A stretch of 64,000 bases of DNA from a virus. Under the pieces are notes generated by a model. It was not told the DNA's origin and did not search any database. It was given only the letters and a program-made list of their open reading frames with translations. The translations under genes and the position numbers were made by a program. The stretch is taken from the IMG/VR virus record IMGVR_UViG_3300035698_019443, positions 1-64,000 of that record. The stretch is one strand, 5' to 3'. Within the stretch, counting starts at the first letter, position 1; the number at the start of each line of letters is the position of its first letter. Shown piece by piece: positions 10,252 to 19,764 of the stretch.

Positions 10252-12180
10252 ATGGCGCGATCAAAGAAGACTAAGCGACGACCAGCCCCGAAGCCTCCAA
10301 TCAAGCGAAAGCGCAAGACGCCCGCGAAGAGAATTAGTTACTTTGCGCTGATGACACGAGATGGGAAGATGCACGTACATCCCGTCAAAGACCGTGACGA
10401 AGCGTTGGGGCTCCGCAACAAGTTCCTCCCACTCAGCAACGTGAAGAAAACTGGCGCGTTTATCGCCCCTATCGGGTGGACGCTGGCGCGTGCGGCGGAA
10501 GACAAGAGAGTAGAGTGGGGGGCGAAATCAGTCACGATACACGCGAAGGGTGGCGCGAAATCCAACCCCGCCCCGAAACTCAAGTCGGGCACGTCCAAGA
10601 CCTTTGACCCGGCTGGCAACTACGGGATCAGCCATGACCCGCGTGGCGACTTCACGGCACACACTGCGTCTCGCTCTCGAGACTTCAAGACCTACGACGG
10701 CGCGCATCGGTGGCTGCGGAAGGTCGCCCCAAAGTCAGTACAGGCCGCGCTCGGCGCGAAGGGCAACCCCGCGTCGACCCACAAGATCGAGAAGATCAAA
10801 GACGCTCTGGTGAAGCGCGCAGAGAAGGACGGGTTCAAGGTGCTCGCCAGTAGCGCCGGCGCCACCGATATGTCGGCGCAAGGCATGGACACTTTCATCC
10901 GCGTCGAGGGTCGCCACCAGCGAAAGAAGTTCAATGGCTACGGGGGCGCCGTCGAGGTGACGAAGGGCTACGAGGTCTCGTGGACTGTCGGGCGGCTCGG
11001 CAAGACGAAGTCGAAGATCGTCCCCTACACAACGACGCCGACGGCGGTCGCCAACATGATCTTCGACGGCTTCAAGTCGAAGAAGTTCTACGCGAAGAAC
11101 CCGGCGAAGGCCAAGCGCAACCCACGCGTCGAGCTCCTCGGACCCTACAAGGCGAAAGAGGGCAAGTCCTTCTACCTCCGCCCCACAAGCGATAACGACT
11201 GTGCTGTGATGCTCGAGTCGAGCGGCGGACGCAAGACCGTCGTCGGCTGGACCAAACGCGCCCCGACCGGACTCAAGTGGACTGCCTCTTCGAAGTCACC
11301 GAGCAAGACCCTCGGCAAGTTCCCGACGAAGGTCTCATCGGGTCGAGCAGTCGTCAACAACCACACCTGGCTCCGCAACCCCCCCAAGCCGAAGGCCAAG
11401 CTGAAATCAGCTGATCCCCGTGGAGTATTCTACGCAAAAACTCGGGGGGGGAAGTTCGAGCTAGCGGTAATCGACCGGGGCGGGATGTACGATCTACGGA
11501 CGCGCAAGAGTGGGAATGCGTCGGGAGCTTCGCTCAACCACCCCTCAAAGAAAAGCATAGTGAAGCACGTCGTTGCCGAAATCAGGAACGCGCGGCAGTA
11601 CGACGGGATCAACTACCTCATCGAGAAGGACCAACTCGGCGTGGGTGATATTCTGGGCATGACCGTCCGCACCAAAACCGGCATAGTAGACAAGGCGATG
11701 GGGCGGCGCAACCCGACGAGGAAGGCGAAGACCCCGACCAAGGCGCAGTACGCGAAGGTTGCCAAGGAGTTTAGGTCTGCGCGCAACGAAGCAGCGAAGA
11801 TCGTCCCCGACATTGCTGCGACGAAGCTCACCGTCAACTCTGAGATCCACGACTCGCCGCGGGCCTTCGCGATGGCGGGGCTCGTCGGGCCAGACCAATA
11901 CCCCGAGATCGTGATCGCTCCCCAGCTCGCCTTCGAGAGTCTCTCCGTCATTCGAGGCATCCTCTATCACGAGCTCGGACACATCGCCCAGTTCCTCGGC
12001 TACGGCCAGGCGCTCGGCCACGGCGCATCGAAGCCCAAGGGCTACGACGCTATCGAGCGGCAGGCAGACCGCATCGCCGAGAAGCTCTTCAGTAAGAAGA
12101 TCTACTACGACAAGCGGGGCGTCGAGACGATCTACGCAGGCAAGGGCTACAGCAGACCCCGCCCGAAAGGTCTCAAGTAG
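10252..12180 (+). CDS. Lys-rich basic multi-module protein with C-terminal HExxH zincin-like domain
   Basis: Highly basic; six xNP motifs between modules; ILYHELGH...ERQAD. Confidence 0.65.
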   Translation: MARSKKTKRRPAPKPPIKRKRKTPAKRISYFALMTRDGKMHVHPVKDRDEALGLRNKFLPLSNVKKTGAFIAPIGWTLARAAEDKRVEWGAKSVTIHAKGGAKSNPAPKLKSGTSKTFDPAGNYGISHDPRGDFTAHTASRSRDFKTYDGAHRWLRKVAPKSVQAALGAKGNPASTHKIEKIKDALVKRAEKDGFKVLASSAGATDMSAQGMDTFIRVEGRHQRKKFNGYGGAVEVTKGYEVSWTVGRLGKTKSKIVPYTTTPTAVANMIFDGFKSKKFYAKNPAKAKRNPRVELLGPYKAKEGKSFYLRPTSDNDCAVMLESSGGRKTVVGWTKRAPTGLKWTASSKSPSKTLGKFPTKVSSGRAVVNNHTWLRNPPKPKAKLKSADPRGVFYAKTRGGKFELAVIDRGGMYDLRTRKSGNASGASLNHPSKKSIVKHVVAEIRNARQYDGINYLIEKDQLGVGDILGMTVRTKTGIVDKAMGRRNPTRKAKTPTKAQYAKVAKEFRSARNEAAKIVPDIAATKLTVNSEIHDSPRAFAMAGLVGPDQYPEIVIAPQLAFESLSVIRGILYHELGHIAQFLGYGQALGHGASKPKGYDAIERQADRIAEKLFSKKIYYDKRGVETIYAGKGYSRPRPKGLK

Positions 12181-12669
12181 ATGCTACCTGCTGTCATCGC
12201 CGCACCCTTTGCCGCCTACGTCTACGACGTCTACATCCGTCCGCAGTCGATCGCAGCGGACGCGCGGGCTTTCGCGAACAGCCGGGGCAAGCCCCTGCTC
12301 AACGTCGGTGCTGGAACCCCTCGGTCGTCGGCGCGCGTCGCCGTCTTCGGCAACACCGCGTGGGGGGACATCAACACGGACCTGACGGGGACGGGGGAAC
12401 CGCGTTTGGGTAACCCCTCGCACGTCTACCACCTCGACGTGACACGTCGTTTCCCCTTCCGTGACAAGGCCTTCGGTGCGATCATCGCGAGCCACGTCCT
12501 CGAGCAGGTCGAGGACCCTATGGCGGCGCTTCAGGAGATGGCTCGAGTCTCCGACCGCGTCTACTTCGTCTGTACCAAGTGGTGGGACGTGCTCTCTTGG
12601 CTTCACCCAGACCAGAAGTGGCGGCTCGACAGTCAACGCCGCTTCGTTCGCGTAGACGGGAGGTCGTGA
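12181..12669 (+). CDS. Class I SAM methyltransferase with hydrophobic N-terminus
   Basis: LLNVGAG, FPFRDKAF, ASHVLEQVEDP. Confidence 0.75.
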   Translation: MLPAVIAAPFAAYVYDVYIRPQSIAADARAFANSRGKPLLNVGAGTPRSSARVAVFGNTAWGDINTDLTGTGEPRLGNPSHVYHLDVTRRFPFRDKAFGAIIASHVLEQVEDPMAALQEMARVSDRVYFVCTKWWDVLSWLHPDQKWRLDSQRRFVRVDGRS

Positions 12670-12893
12670 TGCGACTCGCCGTCGCCGTCGTCCTGGTCTT
12701 CGCTCTCGGTGCCGCCTGCCCGCCTCCGTTGGACGCGCCCTGCGAGGTCGCCGAGACGCGCTGCGCTGAGAATCAGGTACAGGTCTGCAATGCGCGGAGT
12801 CGATGGCAGCTCGTCGCCGACTGCGCCGAGGTCGACGCCGACCGCGACTTCACTTGTCAGCGGATGGGCACCGGGGCGCACGCATGCTTGTAA
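12669..12893 (+). CDS. Small Cys-rich lipoprotein
   Basis: Signal MRLAVAVVLVFALGAAC (lipobox-like), multiple Cys. Confidence 0.65.
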   Translation: MRLAVAVVLVFALGAACPPPLDAPCEVAETRCAENQVQVCNARSRWQLVADCAEVDADRDFTCQRMGTGAHACL

Positions 12894-13459
12894 CGCCAGA
12901 GCTCACTCGTGCCTTCTGGGCTCATATGGGGGAGCACTTCGACTCCCGCGTCGTCGACCGACACGGCGCCCTCGAGATGATCCAGGTCGGCAAGTTCCTC
13001 GACAGTATGGGCGTCATGGAGCAGGAGGACTTCCTCAACGGGTACGCGACGACCATCGGGCACACGATCTATGTCCCCTGGACGGTCGGCGAGGGCGACG
13101 AGCCCACGTTGATTCAACAGATCCGTACCTGCGTTCACGAGCATCAGCACGTTCACCAGTTCGACCGCGACGGCGGCGTGCGCTTCTCCGTCGGCTATCT
13201 CGCAGACTCCGTCACTCGGGCGAACTATGAGGCCGAGGCCTTCCGGTCGAACATGGAGATCAACCACTGGTTTGGGCTGCCCGCCGTCGACCCCGCACGG
13301 TACGCTCGCAAGCTCGAGCACTACGCCTGCGCCGAGCTAGACATACGAGTCACTACGGCGACGCTGATCTCCTCTGCCGCAACCGTCGCCGCCGGCGGCG
13401 TGCTCAACTACGCGTCGAAGGTGGCAATCGCCTGGCTCGACGTCCATCAGGAGCTCTAA
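12884..13459 (+). CDS. Putative HExxH metallopeptidase
   Basis: ATTIGHTIY...HEHQHVHQ...YEAEAF. Confidence 0.7.
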   Translation: MLVTPELTRAFWAHMGEHFDSRVVDRHGALEMIQVGKFLDSMGVMEQEDFLNGYATTIGHTIYVPWTVGEGDEPTLIQQIRTCVHEHQHVHQFDRDGGVRFSVGYLADSVTRANYEAEAFRSNMEINHWFGLPAVDPARYARKLEHYACAELDIRVTTATLISSAATVAAGGVLNYASKVAIAWLDVHQEL

Positions 13460-14106
13460 TGTTCGGACTTGGGATCACAGCGGCGCTTGGGCTCGTGTCC
13501 ATCGTCGCGATCATGCAATGGAAACGGTCGCAGGGTCAGGGCATCGTGCTGCCCGGCCCGAGCAAGAGCGCGCCGGGGTCGATTTGGCAGCCCGACTACG
13601 GTCAGGCGCCTACTGTGCTTGCGGCGCCGCACCCTACACGACCCGACACCGCCGCCTACCTCGTACCCCAAGGACGTGTCGTACGCGGATTCGATATGGT
13701 GCGGAACCCGCCGCATTGGGGCTTCGACGTCTCTGCTCCCATCGGCACGCCAGTACATGCCGCGAAGGGTGGGCGGGTCGTCTACGCTGGGCGCTTCCCC
13801 GGCTACGGGATCAGCGTCGGCATCTCGCACGGCCCACGGCTGTCGACGTGGTACGCGCATCTCAACCAAGCAGTCGTTCGCGTCGGCCAGACCGTTCGCG
13901 GCGGCGACGCCATCGGCGAGGTCGGGAGAACCACCGAGGGCGACGAGGCGATCACAACAGCATGGGGCCGACTCATGGGCTCGCACTTGCACTTCGAGGT
14001 CCACCCCGCCGAGGAGCCTCGAGCCGCGGCGCAGCAGTTCCGCCGCACGGACCCCTCCCGCTGGATCATCCAACAGAACATCGCCCCCGCCGGGCGGAGG
14101 AGCTAG
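13459..14106 (+). CDS. M23 peptidase with N-terminal TM anchor
   Basis: HWGFD, GTPVHA, YAHL, HLHFEV. Confidence 0.9.
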   Translation: MFGLGITAALGLVSIVAIMQWKRSQGQGIVLPGPSKSAPGSIWQPDYGQAPTVLAAPHPTRPDTAAYLVPQGRVVRGFDMVRNPPHWGFDVSAPIGTPVHAAKGGRVVYAGRFPGYGISVGISHGPRLSTWYAHLNQAVVRVGQTVRGGDAIGEVGRTTEGDEAITTAWGRLMGSHLHFEVHPAEEPRAAAQQFRRTDPSRWIIQQNIAPAGRRS

Positions 14107-14108
14107 TC

Positions 14109-14453
14109 ATGGCACTCGTACTACCCCCAGAGCTCACGCCCGCAGTCCGAGCGCGAGAGGCGCAGACCGACATCGAGTCCGCCCAGAACCTCTGGCAGGA
14201 GAACCGCAACGTCGTGCTCGCGGCTCTCGTCGCGGGCCTCGCCGGGCGCTACACCGGGCGTCGCCGAGCGAGTTTCGAGAACACCGTTATCGGCGGGATC
14301 TACGCCGGCTTCTCCGCCGTGCGCGACCCCCGAACGTCACTGGTCTCCCAGCTGCTCGTCGCCTTCGGACAGGGCGTGTCTTGGGGCCTCACCGACGTCT
14401 ACGTCCCTGTCTTCCTCGATTGGGTCTCCGGTCGAGCTCCAAGCGCCCGCTAG
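14109..14453 (+). CDS. Hypothetical membrane-associated protein
   Basis: GGAGG before ATG 14109; hydrophobic segments. Confidence 0.5.
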   Translation: MALVLPPELTPAVRAREAQTDIESAQNLWQENRNVVLAALVAGLAGRYTGRRRASFENTVIGGIYAGFSAVRDPRTSLVSQLLVAFGQGVSWGLTDVYVPVFLDWVSGRAPSAR

Positions 14454-14506
14454 ATTCTTCTTCCTCCCCACGGCGTCTACTGCTACGGTCCCCTTGGAGG
14501 AGACGA

Positions 14507-15355
14507 ATGGGGTACACACACATTGACAATCTGGACAAAGACGAGCGCATCCTAGCGTTCCGCGAGGTCTACGCCCTCGAGAAGATCCACGGGACTGGCG
14601 CCCGCGTCTGCTGGAAGCAAGGCGAGCTGACCTTCTCGGGCGGCAGCGAGAAGCATGCACGCTTCGCCGCCCTCTTCGACGCGGACAAGTTGTCGGCGGC
14701 GTTCGAGACCATGAGTCAGGAGGCGATCACGGTCTACGGCGAGGCGTATGGCGGAAGCCAACAACGCATGAAAGCCACCTACGGTATCGACCTCAAGTTC
14801 GTCGCGTTCGACGTGAAGATCGGGGACCTGTGGCTGTCCGTCCCGAAAGCGGCAGCCATCGTCACAGGGGAGCTCGGGCTCGAGTTCGTCAGCTACCAGC
14901 TCATTTCGACAGACCTCGATACGCTCAACGCTGCGCGGAACGGGGACTCTGTGCAGGCTGTCCGCAACGGCATGGGCATGGGCAAGAAAGCCGAGGGCGT
15001 CGTCCTTCGTCCGATCTACGAGGTCCGCCTGAACAACGGCCAGAGACTCATCGCCAAGTACCGAAGCGATGCCTTCCGCGAGACCAAGACCCCACGAAAG
15101 GTCGGTGTCGCGCCCGAGGTGCTGACGGAGGCGAGGCTCGTCGCCGAAGAGTGGGTCACGGACATGCGCCTCACGCACGTCTTGCAGAAGCTCCCTGACG
15201 CAACGGGGATCGAGCACACTGGCCAGGTCGTCCGAGTGATGGTTGAAGACGTGCTGCGCGAGGGAGCGGGCGAAGTCGTGGATGGCAAAGCGGTGCAAGC
15301 CGCCATCAAGCGCGAGGCATCGAGGCTGTATCGCAACCGAATCGTGCCGTCGTGA
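14507..15355 (+). CDS. Rnl2-like RNA ligase
   Basis: EKIHGT (motif I), VYGE, FVAFDV, EGVVLRP, AKYRSDAFRE; GGAGG RBS. Confidence 0.85.
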   Translation: MGYTHIDNLDKDERILAFREVYALEKIHGTGARVCWKQGELTFSGGSEKHARFAALFDADKLSAAFETMSQEAITVYGEAYGGSQQRMKATYGIDLKFVAFDVKIGDLWLSVPKAAAIVTGELGLEFVSYQLISTDLDTLNAARNGDSVQAVRNGMGMGKKAEGVVLRPIYEVRLNNGQRLIAKYRSDAFRETKTPRKVGVAPEVLTEARLVAEEWVTDMRLTHVLQKLPDATGIEHTGQVVRVMVEDVLREGAGEVVDGKAVQAAIKREASRLYRNRIVPS

Positions 15356-15831
15356 GGGTTGTCTTTCTCGACTTCGACGGCGTGCTCAACTCGGGACCGT
15401 ACACCGACGCAATGGGACAGGACCCAAACTTTCAGCCCCGAGAGCTGTCGATGGAGTGGTGGGCGCAGGGGCTCGACCCCGTCGCTATCGAGCACCTCAA
15501 CAGTATCGTGGAGCGCACCGACGCGAAGGTCGTCGTCAGCTCGACGTGGCGGCTGCACGCCACAATCGGATGGCTGCAGCGCGTCTTGCGGCTACGTGGC
15601 TACCGCCATCGAGTGCGTGGCAAGACGGAACGCTGCGCCGGGTACGATCGAAGCTACGAGATACAGATGTGGCTGGCCAAGAATCCCACGTCGCACTTCG
15701 TCATCCTCGACGACAGGGACGACGCCGGCATCGCTGGGCATTTCGTGAGGACCGACCCAGAGGTCGGGCTCACCGCAGAGCTCGTCGAGAAGGCAGTCGA
15801 GATTCTTCTTCCCTCAACCCCGATCGTCTGA
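15352..15831 (+). CDS. HAD phosphatase, Swiss-army-knife RNA-repair type
   Basis: FLDFDGVL, VVSSTWR, FVILDD, GLT. Confidence 0.85.
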   Translation: MRVVFLDFDGVLNSGPYTDAMGQDPNFQPRELSMEWWAQGLDPVAIEHLNSIVERTDAKVVVSSTWRLHATIGWLQRVLRLRGYRHRVRGKTERCAGYDRSYEIQMWLAKNPTSHFVILDDRDDAGIAGHFVRTDPEVGLTAELVEKAVEILLPSTPIV

Positions 15832-15846
15832 TACGGTTCGACTCAT

Positions 15847-16212
15847 GGGGCTGAACTGGGTTCGACTGGCGATGGAAGGAAGTAGGAGCGTGCCGCAGAT
15901 GATCCATGTGCGTTACAACAGGGTCAAAACTCTAATTGCCAACACTGACAATTATGGGGAGCTCGCCCAAGCGGCGTGATCCTCCGTCCCTCTCAGATTG
16001 TCGCTATGAGATCAAGGGGCGTCATCAGCGATGCGTAGTGACCGGGTGTTGTGTGCGTGACCCGGTCTATACTCTACGCGGCTCTATCTTGCGCGAGTGG
16101 CCCAAAAACCGCCTCGAGGTTTGTTGGTAGCCGAGACTGATCGAGGATACGCACGTAGAGCCTACAGCCTGATATAGTTAGGACGCGGGTTCGATCCCCG
16201 CCAGCTCCACCA
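15847..16212 (+). ncRNA. ssrA: tmRNA, tag ANTDNYGELAQAA*
   Basis: 5' GGGGCTGAACTGGGTTCGAC; 3' GACGCGGGTTCGATCCCCGCCAGCTCCACCA; tag frame 15938-15979 ends in AA-stop. Confidence 0.95.
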
Positions 16213-16237
16213 CGTTTGGCAACGTGTGTTCTTGCGG

Positions 16238-16279
16238 AAGGCGCCGGGTTGACAAACCACCCGGCGCCTTTCTCTTTTT
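16238..16279 (+). terminator. Rho-independent terminator after tmRNA
   Basis: AAGGCGCCGGGT...ACCCGGCGCCTT stem followed by T-rich tract. Confidence 0.8.
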
Positions 16280-16293
16280 GATACAATCAACGC

Positions 16294-19200
16294 ATGGAGC
16301 TTCTACCCGGTATCTACGAAGTCGATTCGACCGAGCCTGAGTGGCTCATACTACAGGAGGCCGTGGAGGCCGAAGTCGCCTACGAGGTGGAGCGGCGGCA
16401 CGAGCAAGGCGGGGTCATTTACTCCCGTATCTACGTCCCGCCGGCGGACAGCGCCTGGCAGGAGAACCCTCTCATCCGCGTCTCCCCCCGCTTCTTTCAG
16501 ACCGCCATCAAAGACTATGAGAATTGGCCGCTCAAGTGGTGGCGCGAAGTCGTCCAGAACGCTGTCGATGCGAAGGCGAAGAACGTCTGGCTCGCCTCGC
16601 AGGAGAACGACGACGGGACGTGGACCTGTTCCTGCATCGACGATGGCAAGGGGATGACCGAAGACGTCTTGCACAACAAGCTCTTCGTGCTCGGCGAGAC
16701 AGGCAAAGAGTACGACCCCACAGCGGTCGGCGGCTTCGGCAAGGCGAAGGAGCTCCTCTTCGGCCCGTGGCTCGGGTGGATCATTGAGACCAACGACATG
16801 CGAGCCTACGGCGTGTCAATTGACGAGGAGGACCGTACGATCGAGCCGCTCTCGCCGCCGCGGAAGGGGACACTCGTTGCGGTCACCATGCCCGCCGACC
16901 AGCATACCGACAGCGTTGCGGCAATGGAATTGCTACAGCGCTGTGCGGTAACAGGGGTCAAGTTCTACGTCAACGGCGAGCTCTTCTCGGACAAGCTCCG
17001 TAGGGGGAAGAAGGTCGAGTCGACGCCGAACGGGACGATCTATCGGAACAGGAGCAAGCTGTGGGGCGAGTGTATCGTGCGCCACAAAGGCGTCTATATG
17101 TTCAGCGTGGGGCGGTTCCCCTCGGCGCTTGGGGTGCTCGTCTATGAGCTCGAGGGGGACGCGAAGAAGATCCTCACTGCCAACCGAGACGGCTTCGCGA
17201 TCAAGGAGCCCCGCTGGGCTGTCGAAGACCTCATCGCGAAGATCGCTACCGAGGGGGAGACGGCGCTCGTTAGCCTCGCCGTCAAGGAGATGGAGGTCTG
17301 GCGCGGGACGGGGCGGATGACGACACAGGAGCTCTCGGTGGAGTCGAGCCACGGGATTCGACACGAGATCGGGACGGTGCCCGCGATCAAGGCTGGTCGG
17401 GCGATCAAGCTCGGCAAGGCGCAGATCGAAGGCATCCTCGAGGACCTCGAGGCGACGACGGAAGAGGACAGCCGCAACGTCCACAGCCCCGTCGGCGTGC
17501 TCCTCCCCACGGTGGCGAAAGAGTACATGAAGCGCCCGCTCGTTGGCCCCTACAACGCTGACGCCCTCGCGCAGCAACTCGGCTGGGTACCGGACTTCAT
17601 GGTTCGCAGCGATGTCGAGAAGCTGAAGCTCCCGAAGAAGCTCAAGCTCGGCTCGATGGCGCAGAAGGCAAACATCCTACTGCAGCTCTGGCTCGAGGCC
17701 TGTCGTTGGGTCTTTATCCAGTTGGGCAAGACCGGGCAGTACGGCGTCGGCTTCTGCATCTCGGACCACGCGTTGGCGATGCACTGGGGCGGAGACTACG
17801 ACAAGGCGCAGGGGCACTGGCTCCTGTTCAGCCCGTTCCAGATCGAAGGCGCGACGAGCGGGGCTCTCATGGACATAGGGCTCCATGAGCTCCGCCGCAT
17901 CTACGCCGTCGCCGTCCACGAGGTGACGCACATGGCCGATGGCTACAGCGTCCACGACTCCGCCTACGCTGCCGCGCTGACCAACAACTTCGGCGTCTGC
18001 GCCGATGGCATCGAGGAGTTCTACACCATCGCGAAGAAGATCGTCCCCCGAGAGCTCGTTGCGCCGAAGCCGAAGACGCTCGACGAGCGGTTTCCAATGA
18101 TCGACGTGACCCTCGAGCTCTCCGACGACGGGGCCGCAAAGCTCTGGTGGGACGAGCATGAAAGGGTGTTCGAACGGATCAAAGCCGGTACCGCCAAAGA
18201 CCCCAACGCGATGAGCCTAGCAGAAGATGACCGCGATCGACTCCGCGACAAGTTCGGCGGTGGGCCGACCATACCGCGGATGGAGTTCTCTGCAGACGAG
18301 GTCGGGGATGAGACCTACGACAATTTGCTCCTTGGCAGCAGTCTATCTTTTGCCTCTGCGTACAACGAGGCACTTGGCATCGAACCTTGGAGCTCCGACG
18401 TGAAGCCTCTCCCCTTGGGTCGAAGCGTGACCATCCGGCTTATGCTCGACGATCTCGCGCAAGCCTACGCGGTCTATCATCACCTGCCCTACGGGACGAT
18501 TCACTACGGCGTGTCGGCGTATAGGCTGGAGGACGAAGCTGGGATTAGGATTGACGACGTCGACGGAGGTCTTGCTTCCGCGATGTACCTACGAGGGTTG
18601 CGGCAGGGGGGAATGGACGGTCGCGAAGCGGCTGCCACTGAGACCTATGCTGCGTTCGTAGAGGTTATCAAAGCACTCGAGACATCAGGGACTGAGGTTT
18701 CACGCCAGCTTTCAAAGAAGCTCGACGTTTGGGAGATCGAGCTATCGTCTCGCGACCCAGAGACAATGCTCGGGAAGCACCCGCTGTCGATGCTCTACCT
18801 CCTCGCGAACGCCGAGGCAATCTTCCCGAAGATCGATAAGGCGTCCGAGGCGAAGCGCGCAGAGAGCCGGGGACGGGTCGGCTTCGAGATCTACCCTCGG
18901 CCAAGCGAAGGCAAGACCTACGTCGTGCTCGACGCCTTCGAGGACCCCGGCTTCCTCGAGAGCGCGCAGAAGCGCGCCGCTGAGATGATCAGTACGGACC
19001 TCGGCATAGACCTCGAGCCAGCAGCGATTCGACTTAGCGGCAGTGACGGATTGGACGCAGTGAACCTCGCCGAGGCAATCTACGATCGGGATAACAATGG
19101 GCGCACTGGCGTTTACGCCAACGACGCCGCCGTCCACCTCGAGCTCGGGCTCGACGAGTTCGCTCAGCTGCTCGCCTTCCGCAACGGCTACTACCCCGGC

Positions 19201-19764
19201 AACGTCAAGATCGACATTGCGCGGCACGCGCACCCGTCGGGGCACGACGTGGCCGAGGTCGTAAACGTCATCGAGTCGCTCGCCTCCGCGGCGATGTTCG
19301 ACAACCTTGACACAGAGAGTGCCGAGACGGCTCTCCACCCGAACGACATCACCTACCTCGTCCTCCGTGGCTCGCCCGGCTGGTTCGATCTGGCTCTATG
19401 GGCAGAGACCTTGGGGTTCGACATCGGCACATTTGCGCCGGTCGCAGTGCCCGCCCGCGACCTCCACCATGATATCAACGACGTGTTCTTTTCCGACTAC
19501 CCCGACCTGCGCGATCTGCGAGACGCCGTGTTCGCCACGATCGTGTGGATGCCGGGTATCGAGTCGCTCCTGGCGTGGGAGGAGGGGAACATCGACAGCA
19601 TCGCGAACATTGACGTCCGCAACTTGAAGGCACTAAGCGACAAAGAGCAAGCGGCGTTTGACCAGATCACGGCGCGCACCGACCATACGCGTGGGGGGGA
19701 ACAAAACACGCTGCTCTCGCCGAGTACCATCGAAGCTCTCAAGCGGTGGAACGAGGAGCAATGA
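16294..19764 (+). CDS. Large protein: GHKL ATPase + HExxH zincin-like domain + acidic unknown C-terminal half
   Basis: REVVQNAVDA, DDGKGM, GGFGKAK, GTLV; AVHEVTH. Confidence 0.8.
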   Translation: MELLPGIYEVDSTEPEWLILQEAVEAEVAYEVERRHEQGGVIYSRIYVPPADSAWQENPLIRVSPRFFQTAIKDYENWPLKWWREVVQNAVDAKAKNVWLASQENDDGTWTCSCIDDGKGMTEDVLHNKLFVLGETGKEYDPTAVGGFGKAKELLFGPWLGWIIETNDMRAYGVSIDEEDRTIEPLSPPRKGTLVAVTMPADQHTDSVAAMELLQRCAVTGVKFYVNGELFSDKLRRGKKVESTPNGTIYRNRSKLWGECIVRHKGVYMFSVGRFPSALGVLVYELEGDAKKILTANRDGFAIKEPRWAVEDLIAKIATEGETALVSLAVKEMEVWRGTGRMTTQELSVESSHGIRHEIGTVPAIKAGRAIKLGKAQIEGILEDLEATTEEDSRNVHSPVGVLLPTVAKEYMKRPLVGPYNADALAQQLGWVPDFMVRSDVEKLKLPKKLKLGSMAQKANILLQLWLEACRWVFIQLGKTGQYGVGFCISDHALAMHWGGDYDKAQGHWLLFSPFQIEGATSGALMDIGLHELRRIYAVAVHEVTHMADGYSVHDSAYAAALTNNFGVCADGIEEFYTIAKKIVPRELVAPKPKTLDERFPMIDVTLELSDDGAAKLWWDEHERVFERIKAGTAKDPNAMSLAEDDRDRLRDKFGGGPTIPRMEFSADEVGDETYDNLLLGSSLSFASAYNEALGIEPWSSDVKPLPLGRSVTIRLMLDDLAQAYAVYHHLPYGTIHYGVSAYRLEDEAGIRIDDVDGGLASAMYLRGLRQGGMDGREAAATETYAAFVEVIKALETSGTEVSRQLSKKLDVWEIELSSRDPETMLGKHPLSMLYLLANAEAIFPKIDKASEAKRAESRGRVGFEIYPRPSEGKTYVVLDAFEDPGFLESAQKRAAEMISTDLGIDLEPAAIRLSGSDGLDAVNLAEAIYDRDNNGRTGVYANDAAVHLELGLDEFAQLLAFRNGYYPGNVKIDIARHAHPSGHDVAEVVNVIESLASAAMFDNLDTESAETALHPNDITYLVLRGSPGWFDLALWAETLGFDIGTFAPVAVPARDLHHDINDVFFSDYPDLRDLRDAVFATIVWMPGIESLLAWEEGNIDSIANIDVRNLKALSDKEQAAFDQITARTDHTRGGEQNTLLSPSTIEALKRWNEEQ

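Noticed and set aside
13469-14506. N-terminal ~345 aa of the 628-aa ORF
   Set aside because: Overlaps the M23 and 14109 genes; the ligase most likely starts at ATG 14507 after GGAGG
16180-16212. tRNA gene or attachment site
   Set aside because: This is the tRNA-like 3' end of the tmRNA; no duplicate copy seen in the window
16249-16287. TTGACA...TACAAT sigma-70 pair
   Set aside because: 27-nt spacing is too long and TTGACA lies in the terminator hairpin; only the -10 element is retained
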